Below, one piece after another: positions 34,828-43,764 of a DNA stretch of 58,351 bases (position 1 is the first letter of the stretch; each line of letters begins with the position of its first letter). The stretch comes from Oscillospiraceae bacterium. GTDB taxonomy: Bacteria; Bacillota; Clostridia; Oscillospirales; Acutalibacteraceae. Where the stretch lies: assembly GCA_029012165.1 (NCBI GenBank), contig JAQXLO010000065.1:1-58351 (forward strand). The letters are read 5' to 3'. Both the position numbers and the translations under genes were made by a program. The notes under the pieces are model-generated. The model saw only the letters and a list, made by a program, of their open reading frames with translations. It was not told the DNA's origin and made no database searches.

Positions 34828-35567
34828 GGCGCATTTCCTTTCCGCATTTCATTATAGGAGGTTTGCACTGCGTCCATGCTGATGTTGCAGTGCAGCTGAT
34901 AGATGGGCACTTGTGTGACCAGAACATGAACCGTCTCCAGAAGTTTCGTGTACAGCTCCACACTGCGTGGGCGAACGGTCTGGTTGAGCAGCGCAAAAAT
35001 CGCTTCCCGCTGCGGGAGGCGCTCGATGGAGTTGGTTTCTGCCCGGGCAACCACGGCAATGCCCTTGAGCGGCACACGCTCATTTTTGCTGATGTCGAAC
35101 TTGCCACTGAACGGTGTGCCGTAGGCATAGCATCTGCCCTGCACGATGCGCAGCGCCGGTTTGTCGTCGTTCAGAATGTACGCCTTATCCTTGAAATATT
35201 CCAGCCAGAGTCCCGTATGGGTAGATTTTCCCGTGCCGCTGGGGGCGGTGAAAAGGTAGGCTTCGCCGTCCACGACCACCGCAGAGGCGTGCAGAAGCAT
35301 CCCTTTGAAATACAGCAGTTTTTCATAAAAGCGTGCGCCCATAAGGAGATACTCCAAACTGCCGTTGTCCAGATGCGGCGCCTGAGAGCGGTACTCGTCG
35401 ATATCCGCCTGCGTGACAGACAGAGGAAGCGCCATCTTGTCCACCTGAACCGCATACTTTTGACTGCGCTGCTGAAGCAGAGGGTACTTTGCATCGTACT
35501 CAATGCAAAGGTCGGCAATGCGATACTGCAAGGGTAAATCTCCTTTTTCTAACAATTTTTGCGCCAC
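34824..35567 (-). CDS. HPr-kinase-related P-loop kinase-like protein
   Basis: GEAYLFTAPSGTGKSTHTGLWL (P-loop), followed by ...GTPFSGKF.... Architecture is as in HprK-related kinases of RiPP clusters. The track start is GTG 35567. TTG 35531, 8 nt after AAAGGAG, is a likely alternative start. Confidence 0.7.
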   Translation of the reverse strand: MAQKLLEKGDLPLQYRIADLCIEYDAKYPLLQQRSQKYAVQVDKMALPLSVTQADIDEYRSQAPHLDNGSLEYLLMGARFYEKLLYFKGMLLHASAVVVDGEAYLFTAPSGTGKSTHTGLWLEYFKDKAYILNDDKPALRIVQGRCYAYGTPFSGKFDISKNERVPLKGIAVVARAETNSIERLPQREAIFALLNQTVRPRSVELYTKLLETVHVLVTQVPIYQLHCNISMDAVQTSYNEMRKGNAP

Positions 35568-35746
35568 GGCACAGAATCTGTGCCGCCGAGCAAAACCTGC
35601 TTTTTTGTGGATACTACCGCAAATGTCCTTCTTTGCCGCCCTATGCAGCAGGGTGGCGCAGACAGGCTCATGCGGTACTCAAACGGGCAGACAGCCGAGA
35701 CTGCCTGCCCGCATGATTATGGTGTTTTCGATCCGTTTAGGGTCGA

Positions 35747-38701
35747 TCAGTTTCTGGTAACAGTGGGGCCGTAGACAATGCCAACGCCTTCGATTTCCAC
35801 ATAGGGACGAAGGACAACAGCGTACGGGAAGTTCGCCTTGGTCAGGGAGACTGCGTAAGTGCCGTTGTTGTTGGTATTTCTGGAAGTACCCTTCTTGACC
35901 ATGCTGTTGGTGCTGTTGACAACCAGTTCGGTGTCCACATCCACCGTTGCAGGACCAAAGACGATACCGGAGCTGAGAACCTTCAGGCCGGACTTAACGC
36001 TTCTTTCAGCATAGAAGGTATCCTTCACGCCATCATCGGTCTTCCAGACGATGTTAATCGTCCAGTCGGGAGCTTCAGCGCCGTAGACTGCGGTGAATTC
36101 CGCAGAGCGGACGACCTGGTGTGCATAGGTCTTTTCCACGCTGACGATGTTGCCTTCTGCATCCTGCCAGTAGGAGAAGTTGTCGCCCGTGGCGGTGTAG
36201 GTGGCAGTCTTACCGACCTCGATGTTCGCAGTAGTTGTTTCGCCGTTGTCATTGTAAACAAGGGTGCACATCTGATCTGCGTTGAAGGAGGGGATGAGGA
36301 TCAGTGCGTTGGAGCCGGGACGATAGGCAAGAACGTGACCGGTCTTGCTGTAGCTTGCGCCGGAGATGGCGAAAGCGGAGCTGCCGCCGCCGTAGTAGTT
36401 GTACTCAGGAACGAGAGATGCCACATCAATCTCGTTGCCGACCTTACCGGGCCAATCGCCGAAGGTGAAGCCGGGGATGTCGATGGTGTCCACACGGGAC
36501 AGGGAAACCAGAGCAGCCTCATCGCCTGCGGTGGGAACATAGCTTTCTTCACCGACAACGTTACCGATGGAGGAAGCGAATGTGACGGTAGGCTCATCCA
36601 GATAACCGAAGTGGGCGCTGAGCTCACGGTCGGTCTTGGTGACAAGGGTCAGGTCAGGATCGGTGCTGATGATGTTGCCTGCGTTGTTTGCCCAGTACAG
36701 GAACTCGCAGCCCTCAGCGGGAGTAGCGCTCAGGGTGACAACACCGTTGTGGGTGTCGTTGACTTCCACGTCGCTGGAGATACCGTTATCGGTGGCAACA
36801 GTACCTTCGCCGATGACTTCTGCTTCGACCTTAACGGGAGCTTCTTCGATTTCGACAGTTGCGTCTTCAAAGACACACCAGCCCATGACATCGTTGCCGT
36901 TCACGAACTTCTCGGGAGTGATGTACTCGTCGAGGTTGTGGTAAACATAGACAGCCTTGTCAACATAGTAGGGGATCAGTTCCTTGTTGTTTTCCGCCTT
37001 GGTCAGGAGATTCTGCACGGTGGAGCTTGCCATGACACGATCATACACCTGAACTGCAGTATCTGCAAGATCCGCAACCTGCTTGAGGGTATCGACCTTG
37101 TCGGTGTAGCCCGCCATGTCGATCAGCTTGGCAACATTGCCGTCTTCCAGAACGGCAACGAGACCGTCCACAGCGTCCTTGGCATCGAAGAGGATGTCGA
37201 TCACGCCGCCCTCTTCAAAGATCTTTTCATATGCCCAGTAAGCGATGTCGCCCCACATGGAGTCATCGTTGAGAACACCAAACTGTGCGTCGAACTCGTC
37301 CTTGATCTGGCTTACGGAATCCAGAGGTGCATAGGCATCCTTGATCACTTCAGGATCTTCCGTGAACTTCGCTCTCTGGCCGTAGCCGATGTAGTACTTG
37401 CCCTTGGCGGGATCCAGTGCGTAATCCTGGTTGCCGTTGAGCATAACAGCACCGCCGAGGTTGAACAGAGCCTGCTGCAGCGCCTTGAACTCTGCACTGT
37501 CTGCGATGGCGAAGCCGATTTCACCGTTGTTTTCGGGATTGGGAAGCTCATCGACCGTCTTCCACAGGTCGCACAGCATATCCATAACCTGGTCATACTT
37601 GCTGCAAACCCATGTGTAGTCCAGCTTATCCATTGCGATTTCATATGCTCTGTTCAGATAGTATCTGGCGTTGATCGCATACTTTGCAATGTCTGTCTGC
37701 ATCTCTGCCCAAACACGATATCTGACCTGAACGCCTTCCTTTGCAGCAGCAGAGGAAATGCTGGCGGTGTAGTTGACGCCGTCCTCGGTGGTCATCTTGA
37801 CGTTCTGACCGTTGGAAAGGACTGCATACTCAGGGATATACTTGTAGGAGCAGGTGGTGCTGTATCTGTTGGGCCAGATGTTGGAGTCGTCCACAGAAGC
37901 GGTGACTTCCGCCATGGCTTCGCCTTCAACGACGGTGACGGTTGCGTCACTGTCCACGGGTCTGGCATAGGCATACACTCTGTCGCCGAGAACCGTCTTG
38001 ATCAGGTTGATTTCCTTTTCGGTGAGCTTCTTGTTGCCGTTGAACATACCGTTGAGATGGTCTGCAGCATTGACCTTCTCTGTGCCTTCGGCAATGACTT
38101 CGTTGGTACGGATGCCTCTCATGGCGCCGATGATGATGGCGTCATAAACGGTAACCTTGCCGCCCTTGGAGGCGCCGGTCACAGCGTTGTTCACGCCGTA
38201 GCGGCCATACAGGGAAGCCTTGTACAGGGTGACGTCTGCACCGTTCAGAGCCTCAATTGCGCTGCCGGTGGAAACGGAATACTTCTTCTGGGTGGGGATG
38301 CGGGTCATGCCGCCGCTGACGCTCACGCCGTTGATCGTCAGAGAACCGCCGTTCACACGGATGGCAGCAGGGCTCTTGTCCTTCACCGTCTTGAGCATCT
38401 CCGCAGAGGAAACATCTGCGAATCTGGAGACGACACGGCCGTCGGTGATGGTGACATTGGCACCGTTGATGGTGATTGCAGCCTTGCCGCGCTCGCCCTG
38501 AATGCTATGGCCGCCGAGATCGAGGGTAAAATCCTTGTCGATCACGATGGATTCCGTAACATTGGCAGTCAGCGTGTAGCTGCCGTCTGCTGCATCGATG
38601 GCAGCCTGAAGGGTGCCGGCAGCAGAAGCTGCAACTGCGCAGGTGCTGACAATCATGAGAACGGTTACTGCAACAGCGAGAATTCTTTTTGCAATTTTCA
38701 T
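35747..38701 (-). CDS. Large secreted surface protein: beta-helix-like N-domain, helical middle, multiple Listeria-Bacteroides (InlB-B) type repeats
   Basis: Signal peptide MKIAKRILAVAVTVLMIVSTCAVAASAAG. The N-terminus has ITINGANVTITDG / IRVNGGSLTINGVSVSGG PbH1-like repeats. The C-terminal half has CEFLYWANNAGNIIS...LSAHFG and FSYWQDAEGNIVS...FTAVYG repeats. 984 aa. Confidence 0.85.
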   Translation of the reverse strand: MKIAKRILAVAVTVLMIVSTCAVAASAAGTLQAAIDAADGSYTLTANVTESIVIDKDFTLDLGGHSIQGERGKAAITINGANVTITDGRVVSRFADVSSAEMLKTVKDKSPAAIRVNGGSLTINGVSVSGGMTRIPTQKKYSVSTGSAIEALNGADVTLYKASLYGRYGVNNAVTGASKGGKVTVYDAIIIGAMRGIRTNEVIAEGTEKVNAADHLNGMFNGNKKLTEKEINLIKTVLGDRVYAYARPVDSDATVTVVEGEAMAEVTASVDDSNIWPNRYSTTCSYKYIPEYAVLSNGQNVKMTTEDGVNYTASISSAAAKEGVQVRYRVWAEMQTDIAKYAINARYYLNRAYEIAMDKLDYTWVCSKYDQVMDMLCDLWKTVDELPNPENNGEIGFAIADSAEFKALQQALFNLGGAVMLNGNQDYALDPAKGKYYIGYGQRAKFTEDPEVIKDAYAPLDSVSQIKDEFDAQFGVLNDDSMWGDIAYWAYEKIFEEGGVIDILFDAKDAVDGLVAVLEDGNVAKLIDMAGYTDKVDTLKQVADLADTAVQVYDRVMASSTVQNLLTKAENNKELIPYYVDKAVYVYHNLDEYITPEKFVNGNDVMGWCVFEDATVEIEEAPVKVEAEVIGEGTVATDNGISSDVEVNDTHNGVVTLSATPAEGCEFLYWANNAGNIISTDPDLTLVTKTDRELSAHFGYLDEPTVTFASSIGNVVGEESYVPTAGDEAALVSLSRVDTIDIPGFTFGDWPGKVGNEIDVASLVPEYNYYGGGSSAFAISGASYSKTGHVLAYRPGSNALILIPSFNADQMCTLVYNDNGETTTANIEVGKTATYTATGDNFSYWQDAEGNIVSVEKTYAHQVVRSAEFTAVYGAEAPDWTINIVWKTDDGVKDTFYAERSVKSGLKVLSSGIVFGPATVDVDTELVVNSTNSMVKKGTSRNTNNNGTYAVSLTKANFPYAVVLRPYVEIEGVGIVYGPTVTRN

Positions 38702-38783
38702 GATTTCTTTCTCCTTATCTTTTTATTTTTGAATATACGCAACAAAACCGATGCTGCATATCGGCTTCGCGTTATCCCGAAAA

Positions 38784-39959
38784 TCAGCCGTTGGCGGCAG
38801 AAACAATGTCGCCGTAAACGATGAACTGCGCATCCGCCGCATTCTTGACGATCAGGAAGGGGCGGACATATACGCTCTGCCCGATGTCCACGTTGGACTG
38901 TGCCACAGAGAACGTGCCGCAGTTCTCGTTGGAGTTGCCGTAGACCTTGCGGATGCCGGCGGTGGCGGAATCGCCCGCCGCACTGACGATCATGGAATCC
39001 TCCGTCTGCTCCGTCTTGGAGACGAGCAAACCGTGGGAGAGCACGGTATAGTCCGTCGGCACGCTGCGCTCTGCGTAGAAGGTGATCTTGAACTCGGTCG
39101 TGTCAGGGACGATCTTGGACACCCGTGCCACGGGCGCAGGTGTGACGTCCTCGCCGTAGACGGCAGTCAGGGTGACGTTGTAGTTGATGCGGAAGCTGTA
39201 GTTGCGCTCATAGCTGATGACAGCGCCGCTGCTGTCCTTCCAGTAGGAAAATGCCTGACCCTCGCCGTTGACCGGCTCGGCTTTCAGATTTACGGTCTGG
39301 AAGTTTTGATAGGTGCCTGCGCCGGAAACGTAGGCATCGTTGGTGATCTTGACGGTGTAGCTCTCGCTGTTGACCGTGTAGATGGGGTAGACCACCACAT
39401 CCTCGGTGGTTGCGGCGATCTCCTGCTCGGTCATGGACCAGCGCTGGAAGGTAAAGCCCGGGAGCACGCCTGCGGCGGGCACATTGATGTCCTCGTCGAA
39501 GGCATACATGGGGTCGGAATCCAGCAGCTTGTTGCCGCCGTAGTTGACGTAGGTCACGAAGTGCTCCGTATCGGAAACCACGGCAAACTGCGCACGCAGA
39601 TGCATACGGGACGCCACGGTGAAGCTGACGCTGCGGTCATAGGAATAGACACGGCCGCTGTACTCGTCCAGCCAGAACATGAAGGTACGGGTCGCCGTGT
39701 CCGCCGCAGTCAGCTTGACCACTTCACCGACAGGGTTGGTACCGATATACTGGGTACGGGTGCTGCCGGAATAGTCGTCGCCCATCTCATAGAGAATCTT
39801 GCCGCCGTTGCTGGTCAGCTTGATCGGCTGTTTTCCGGTGCCGTTGTCTCCGTTGAAGGAGATCATATTTCCTGCCAAAGAGGTCAGTGCACAGGAAAAG
39901 ACCAGCGCAATGGCCAGCAATACAGAGAAAACACGCTTGCAAATGGAAGTTTTCTTCAT
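38784..39959 (-). CDS. Secreted InlB-B-repeat-containing protein
   Basis: Start at ATG 39959 (MKKTSICKRVFSVLLAIALVFSCALTSLAG). Repeats: FMFWLDEYSGRVYS...LRAQF, FTFQRWSM and FSYWKDSSGAVIS...LTAVYG. Its C-terminal domain is shared with the 984-aa protein. Confidence 0.85.
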   Translation of the reverse strand: MKKTSICKRVFSVLLAIALVFSCALTSLAGNMISFNGDNGTGKQPIKLTSNGGKILYEMGDDYSGSTRTQYIGTNPVGEVVKLTAADTATRTFMFWLDEYSGRVYSYDRSVSFTVASRMHLRAQFAVVSDTEHFVTYVNYGGNKLLDSDPMYAFDEDINVPAAGVLPGFTFQRWSMTEQEIAATTEDVVVYPIYTVNSESYTVKITNDAYVSGAGTYQNFQTVNLKAEPVNGEGQAFSYWKDSSGAVISYERNYSFRINYNVTLTAVYGEDVTPAPVARVSKIVPDTTEFKITFYAERSVPTDYTVLSHGLLVSKTEQTEDSMIVSAAGDSATAGIRKVYGNSNENCGTFSVAQSNVDIGQSVYVRPFLIVKNAADAQFIVYGDIVSAANG

Positions 39960-39996
39960 CAGGCTACATCCCGCTTTCACATATAAATACATCCTC

Positions 39997-40025
39997 ATTA
40001 TAAAGGAAGTGTTTCCAAAAATCAA
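39997..40025 (-). promoter_or_regulatory. Strong sigma-A-type promoter for the 391-aa surface protein gene
   Basis: On the minus strand: TTGATT (40025-40020), a 17-nt spacer, then TATAAT (40002-39997). Confidence 0.6.
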
Positions 40026-40061
40026 TACCCTTTTTTATAAAAAAACGTTTTTTTTAAAATG

Positions 40062-42008
40062 TCACAAACTGATCTCCCATTCCACGGCGTCTTGTGGAAT
40101 TTGCACCGACCGAACACCGGCGGGCAGATTCAGCTCCACCCGGCGTTCGCCGACAGCGCCCGAAAGGGTGATCTTTTTCCCGTTTTCCATGCGCACGCAC
40201 ACCCATCCGCCCTGCACGGGGTAGTTGTCCACCGCCACCGTTTCGCCGTACCACGCTTCGGGAATGCCTCGGAACAGGATCAGCGTCCCGTCCGTCTTTT
40301 CGGCGATCAGCGCATCCAGCAGCGTCTTGCTCGCCGTGGACTGCCCCCAGATATGCGGACAGGCACCGCCGCCGCACGCTGCGTGCGGACGATTCCAGAC
40401 CGACGTTTCCGCCGGATATCCGACCGCCTCCCACCAGGAAAAGGGTCCGCTCATGGCGTGTTCGATCATGAACCGATACGCTTCAATGCCGGCCGAGCGG
40501 TATTTCTCCCCCCGCAGCGCCGCACTGCCGTAGCCGGCGTTGTAGGCACTGCAATACCATCCGTGGGGGTAGCCGCCAAAATTGTACGGACTGTCCGACA
40601 CGGTGCGGCGCATCCTGCCCACATATTCATAGGTGCTGTCGATTTTGTCCAGCATGACGCCGTACTGCGGCGCCCCCAGCAGATAGCCGTCCCACGCCCA
40701 TCTGCCGAACAAAAACATAGACAGGGCGTTGGCGTCCCGGGGATCCCTGCGCTGTCCCTTTTCATTGGGGCGGGTCATGGAAATGGGGATGTAGTCGATG
40801 CCCTGTTCCCGCATCAGCCCCTCAAGCTGTGCGTTGCAAGCGCTGAGCAGACTGTCATACTGCGCCGACGCCCACGCCGCCTCTTCCGTTTTACGCAGCT
40901 CGTCGCAGATATATTTGTATGCCGAAAGTCCCGTCAGCGCCGACCAGTTGTCCACCGTCCAGTGTCCCAGAGAGTCGATGGCGTTGGTGGGCTTCATGAT
41001 GCCGTACTCTCCCCTGTCCCCCTCGATGGTGTGGGTATTCTCCGCAATTTCCGAAAACTTCTCCTGCACATATGCCCTGTCCCCCGTTTTTTGCAGGTAC
41101 AGCGCAAAGGGCCAGCTGTATTTCCAGCGGGCGTCGGGATAGAGAACGTGATCCAAAATATGTGCCGCATATTCCCGGAAGTGACGGAAATCCCCCATGG
41201 TCAGCAGTGCCGCCATGATGCCCAGCGTATCGTGGTCAAACACGTTGTCGTACCCGTTTTCCCCAACGTGCAGACGATCGCCGTCCTTGACGATCATGGT
41301 GTAGATGTACCCCGCCTTGTATGCGTTGACCAGTTCTTTGTCCGGCAAGGTCGGCTGTGCAATTTCGGAAAGGCGCTGCGTCCAGTAGGCCTTCATGTGC
41401 ACATAGTGGGACTGCCAGTCCCCTGCTGTCCGAAGTGTGTCCGCCGGCGGAAAGGGATATGTCCCGCCGAATCTGTCCGCAAAGATTGCAAAATCCGCCG
41501 TCACCGTTTCCCCCGCCTCCACAGAGCGGGGTACGTCCGTCAGCGGGATGAGATATTTGGAAACGTCCCGCATAGCAACGGCGTCCTGTCCCCGGTTGCA
41601 AAGGGTCATCCGCGAATAGGCGGCGACGAAGTCCCGCCCCTGCAGCGTGAGCTTGTCGGCAAAGCTTTCCAGCGTGACCTCCAGCGTCCCCGCCGCAAAA
41701 CGGCTCACCAGACACGGCAGAAAGCCCTCCCTGTTGTGCCAGTCGATCTTGCCGGTGATGTCCTTTTCCGTGAAGCCGAAATGCACCAGCACATTGCCCC
41801 TGTCCCGCAGCAGATAGCACCCGTCCGCAAAGGCGATGGGCGCATGGCGATCTCCCTCCCAGCCGAACACGGATTGGAGACCGTAATGCTTTTTGCACAG
41901 CAGTTTTTTCGTCATGGCGCCCTTTTTGGATCGTGTGTGCTTCACCGCCATAAAGCGGAAATATCGGTTCACCCCAAAGGCAAAGAGCGCATGAAGCGGA
42001 TGCGGCAT
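40062..42008 (-). CDS. Uncharacterised (alpha/alpha)6 six-hairpin glycosidase-like protein
   Basis: A long ORF with good codon bias. Trp/aromatic-rich motifs (HWTVDNWSALTGL, FGRWAWDGYLLG, GGYPHGWYCSAYNAGYG, PFSWWEAVGY) are reminiscent of GH15/GH95/GH78-type barrels. No signal peptide. The true start is probably internal (ATG 41951 or 41915). Confidence 0.5.
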   Translation of the reverse strand: MPHPLHALFAFGVNRYFRFMAVKHTRSKKGAMTKKLLCKKHYGLQSVFGWEGDRHAPIAFADGCYLLRDRGNVLVHFGFTEKDITGKIDWHNREGFLPCLVSRFAAGTLEVTLESFADKLTLQGRDFVAAYSRMTLCNRGQDAVAMRDVSKYLIPLTDVPRSVEAGETVTADFAIFADRFGGTYPFPPADTLRTAGDWQSHYVHMKAYWTQRLSEIAQPTLPDKELVNAYKAGYIYTMIVKDGDRLHVGENGYDNVFDHDTLGIMAALLTMGDFRHFREYAAHILDHVLYPDARWKYSWPFALYLQKTGDRAYVQEKFSEIAENTHTIEGDRGEYGIMKPTNAIDSLGHWTVDNWSALTGLSAYKYICDELRKTEEAAWASAQYDSLLSACNAQLEGLMREQGIDYIPISMTRPNEKGQRRDPRDANALSMFLFGRWAWDGYLLGAPQYGVMLDKIDSTYEYVGRMRRTVSDSPYNFGGYPHGWYCSAYNAGYGSAALRGEKYRSAGIEAYRFMIEHAMSGPFSWWEAVGYPAETSVWNRPHAACGGGACPHIWGQSTASKTLLDALIAEKTDGTLILFRGIPEAWYGETVAVDNYPVQGGWVCVRMENGKKITLSGAVGERRVELNLPAGVRSVQIPQDAVEWEISL

Positions 42009-42092
42009 ACCAATCCCCCCCTAAAAAAGAGCTGTCCCATTTCGGCGAAGGCAATTTTTTGTGCTTTGCGAAATGCGACAACTCCAAAGGTT

Positions 42093-42788
42093 TTACAGTC
42101 TTTCCAGTACCTCGGGATGGGCGTCCAAGTCGATGCGCCGATAGTCGTCCTCTGCGTCAAAGAACCAGCACCGTGCGTCCGGGCGCTCGGGAGAGTGCAG
42201 GATATACCGCTTGTCGTCCACAAAGCAGATCGCCGCATCGTTCTCGCACGCAATCGACGAGATCTTTCGGGAACGCACCACGTCATTGAACGACTGCCAC
42301 GTCTCGGAGTCGTAGTGGGGGCAGTTGCAGTACGGAATCAGATCCAGACAGTCCACAAACATAAATTCGTGTTCGGGACCGCAGTCATCGTACCCCTCAC
42401 GGAACCAGCACATGGAGCCGGAGGAGGCGCCAAAGAGCACCTTGCCCGCCTGTGCCGCTTCACGCAGATATTTGTCCACATGGTACCGCCGCCACATTTC
42501 CGCCACAAACCGCAGATTGCCGCCGGGCACATGGATCACGTCCGCTTTGCGAATCTTTTCGGCGATCAGCGCCTCGGTCACATAGTCCCGCGTCACAAAC
42601 AGCGCATCCACTTCGCATCCCCAGTTGAAAAAGCGGGAATACATGGACGTGTCAAAGTTGTCGAAGATGGTGGTGGGAATGGTCAGGAAATTCGGCTTCT
42701 CCTTATCGCACAGCGACAGAATGTGCCGCACCAGAAAATCTCCGTGCCTGCCGTCAAAGCCGCCGCCGATGGCTACAATTTTGCTCAT
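42093..42788 (-). CDS. S51-family peptidase (dipeptidase E-like, class I amidotransferase fold)
   Basis: MSKIVAIGGGF...DVIHVPGGNLRF...VLFGASSGSMCWF (nucleophile-elbow Ser). ATG 42788 lies behind AAAGGAAG. Confidence 0.7.
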   Translation of the reverse strand: MSKIVAIGGGFDGRHGDFLVRHILSLCDKEKPNFLTIPTTIFDNFDTSMYSRFFNWGCEVDALFVTRDYVTEALIAEKIRKADVIHVPGGNLRFVAEMWRRYHVDKYLREAAQAGKVLFGASSGSMCWFREGYDDCGPEHEFMFVDCLDLIPYCNCPHYDSETWQSFNDVVRSRKISSIACENDAAICFVDDKRYILHSPERPDARCWFFDAEDDYRRIDLDAHPEVLERL

Positions 42789-42868
42789 ATTTTCTTCCTT
42801 TCTCCGCCGAAACACGGATTGCTTTTGCAGTTCCATTGTATCGAATGTCCCGCCCGTTGTCAATCCTT

Positions 42869-43627
42869 TTATCCCAGCGCCACATCCAGCGTCATCATCA
42901 GGGAAAACCCCAGCATGAACATGAGCGTGCCGGTGTAGGCACGGCCGCATTCCGACATTTCGGGCACAAGTTCCTCCACCACCACATAGATCATTGCCCC
43001 CGCCGCAAAGGCAAGCAGATACGGCAGGATCGGTACGATCAGCGTGGACAGCAGTACCGTCAGCGCTCCGGCAATGGGTTCCACAATTCCGGACAGTACG
43101 CCCCGCCCAAAAGCCTTGCCCTTTCTCATGCCCCGGGACGCCAGAGGCATGGAGATGATCGCCCCCTCGGGGAGATTTTGGATGCCGATGCCCATGGAGA
43201 GCATCATCGCCGCCGAAAAAGCCGTATCGGACTGTCCCGCAAGGGCGCCCGCAAACGCCGCCCCCACCGCCATGCCCTCCGGAATGTTATGTATGACCAC
43301 AGCCAGCACCAGCATGGCGACCTTTTCGTTCTCTTTCTGTGCCTGTATGTGCGGCAAAAGCTTATCCGCCAGCATCATGGACACAATGCCCACGCAGAAT
43401 CCGCTCACCGCCGGAAAGAACGCCAGCTTGCCCATGTCCGCCGCCCGATCAATGGACGGCAGCAGCAGGCTCCACACCGATGCCGCCACCATCACACCCG
43501 CCGCAAAACCGATCAGTGCGTGCTGGAGCACGGCGTTGATTTCTTTTTTCAAAAACAGCACGCACGCCGCACCCAGCGCCGTGCCGATAAAGGGGATCAT
43601 CAGTCCCCAAAAAACTGTATCTGTCAT
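42869..43627 (-). CDS. ZIP-family divalent metal transporter (ZupT-like)
   Basis: VIHNIPEGMAVG and GIQNLPEGAIIS motifs, 8 TM-like segments. ATG 43627 (MTDTVFWG). Confidence 0.88.
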   Translation of the reverse strand: MTDTVFWGLMIPFIGTALGAACVLFLKKEINAVLQHALIGFAAGVMVAASVWSLLLPSIDRAADMGKLAFFPAVSGFCVGIVSMMLADKLLPHIQAQKENEKVAMLVLAVVIHNIPEGMAVGAAFAGALAGQSDTAFSAAMMLSMGIGIQNLPEGAIISMPLASRGMRKGKAFGRGVLSGIVEPIAGALTVLLSTLIVPILPYLLAFAAGAMIYVVVEELVPEMSECGRAYTGTLMFMLGFSLMMTLDVALG

Positions 43628-43713
43628 CCTGTCCCTCTCTCCTTGTTTTTTGACAGTGGGTCTGTGTATAGACCGTCCGCCATATGCAGACATTCTATAC
43701 TATGTTGCGACAG

Positions 43714-43748
43714 ATACGGCTGTGAAAAAACACCGCCGCACATCAGGC
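43714..43748 (-). terminator. Rho-independent terminator after the cohesin/Cys-repeat gene
   Basis: On the minus strand: GACACTGCCGCC-tgatgt-GCGGCGGTGTTTTTT. Confidence 0.75.
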
Positions 43749-43764
43749 GGCAGTGTCTCTTCTG

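Noticed and set aside
35549-35671. 40-codon minus-strand ORF (MSLSAPPCCIGRQRRTFAVVSTKKQVLLGGTDSVPWRKNC) directly upstream of the kinase-like gene, as a candidate RiPP precursor
   Set aside because: It has no Shine-Dalgarno sequence before its ATG. It overlaps two terminator-like hairpins that follow the 984-aa gene, and its composition is unremarkable. I keep it only as something to test by Ribo-seq.
36119-38824. 901-aa plus-strand ORF opposite the 984-aa surface protein gene
   Set aside because: Shadow ORF. The minus-strand product has a signal peptide, an RBS and repeat-domain structure.
40059-42938. 959-aa plus-strand ORF spanning the six-hairpin protein, S51 peptidase and the ZIP gene end
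   Set aside because: It crosses three well-supported minus-strand genes and their intergenic regions. Its translation is Arg/Pro/His-rich and featureless.
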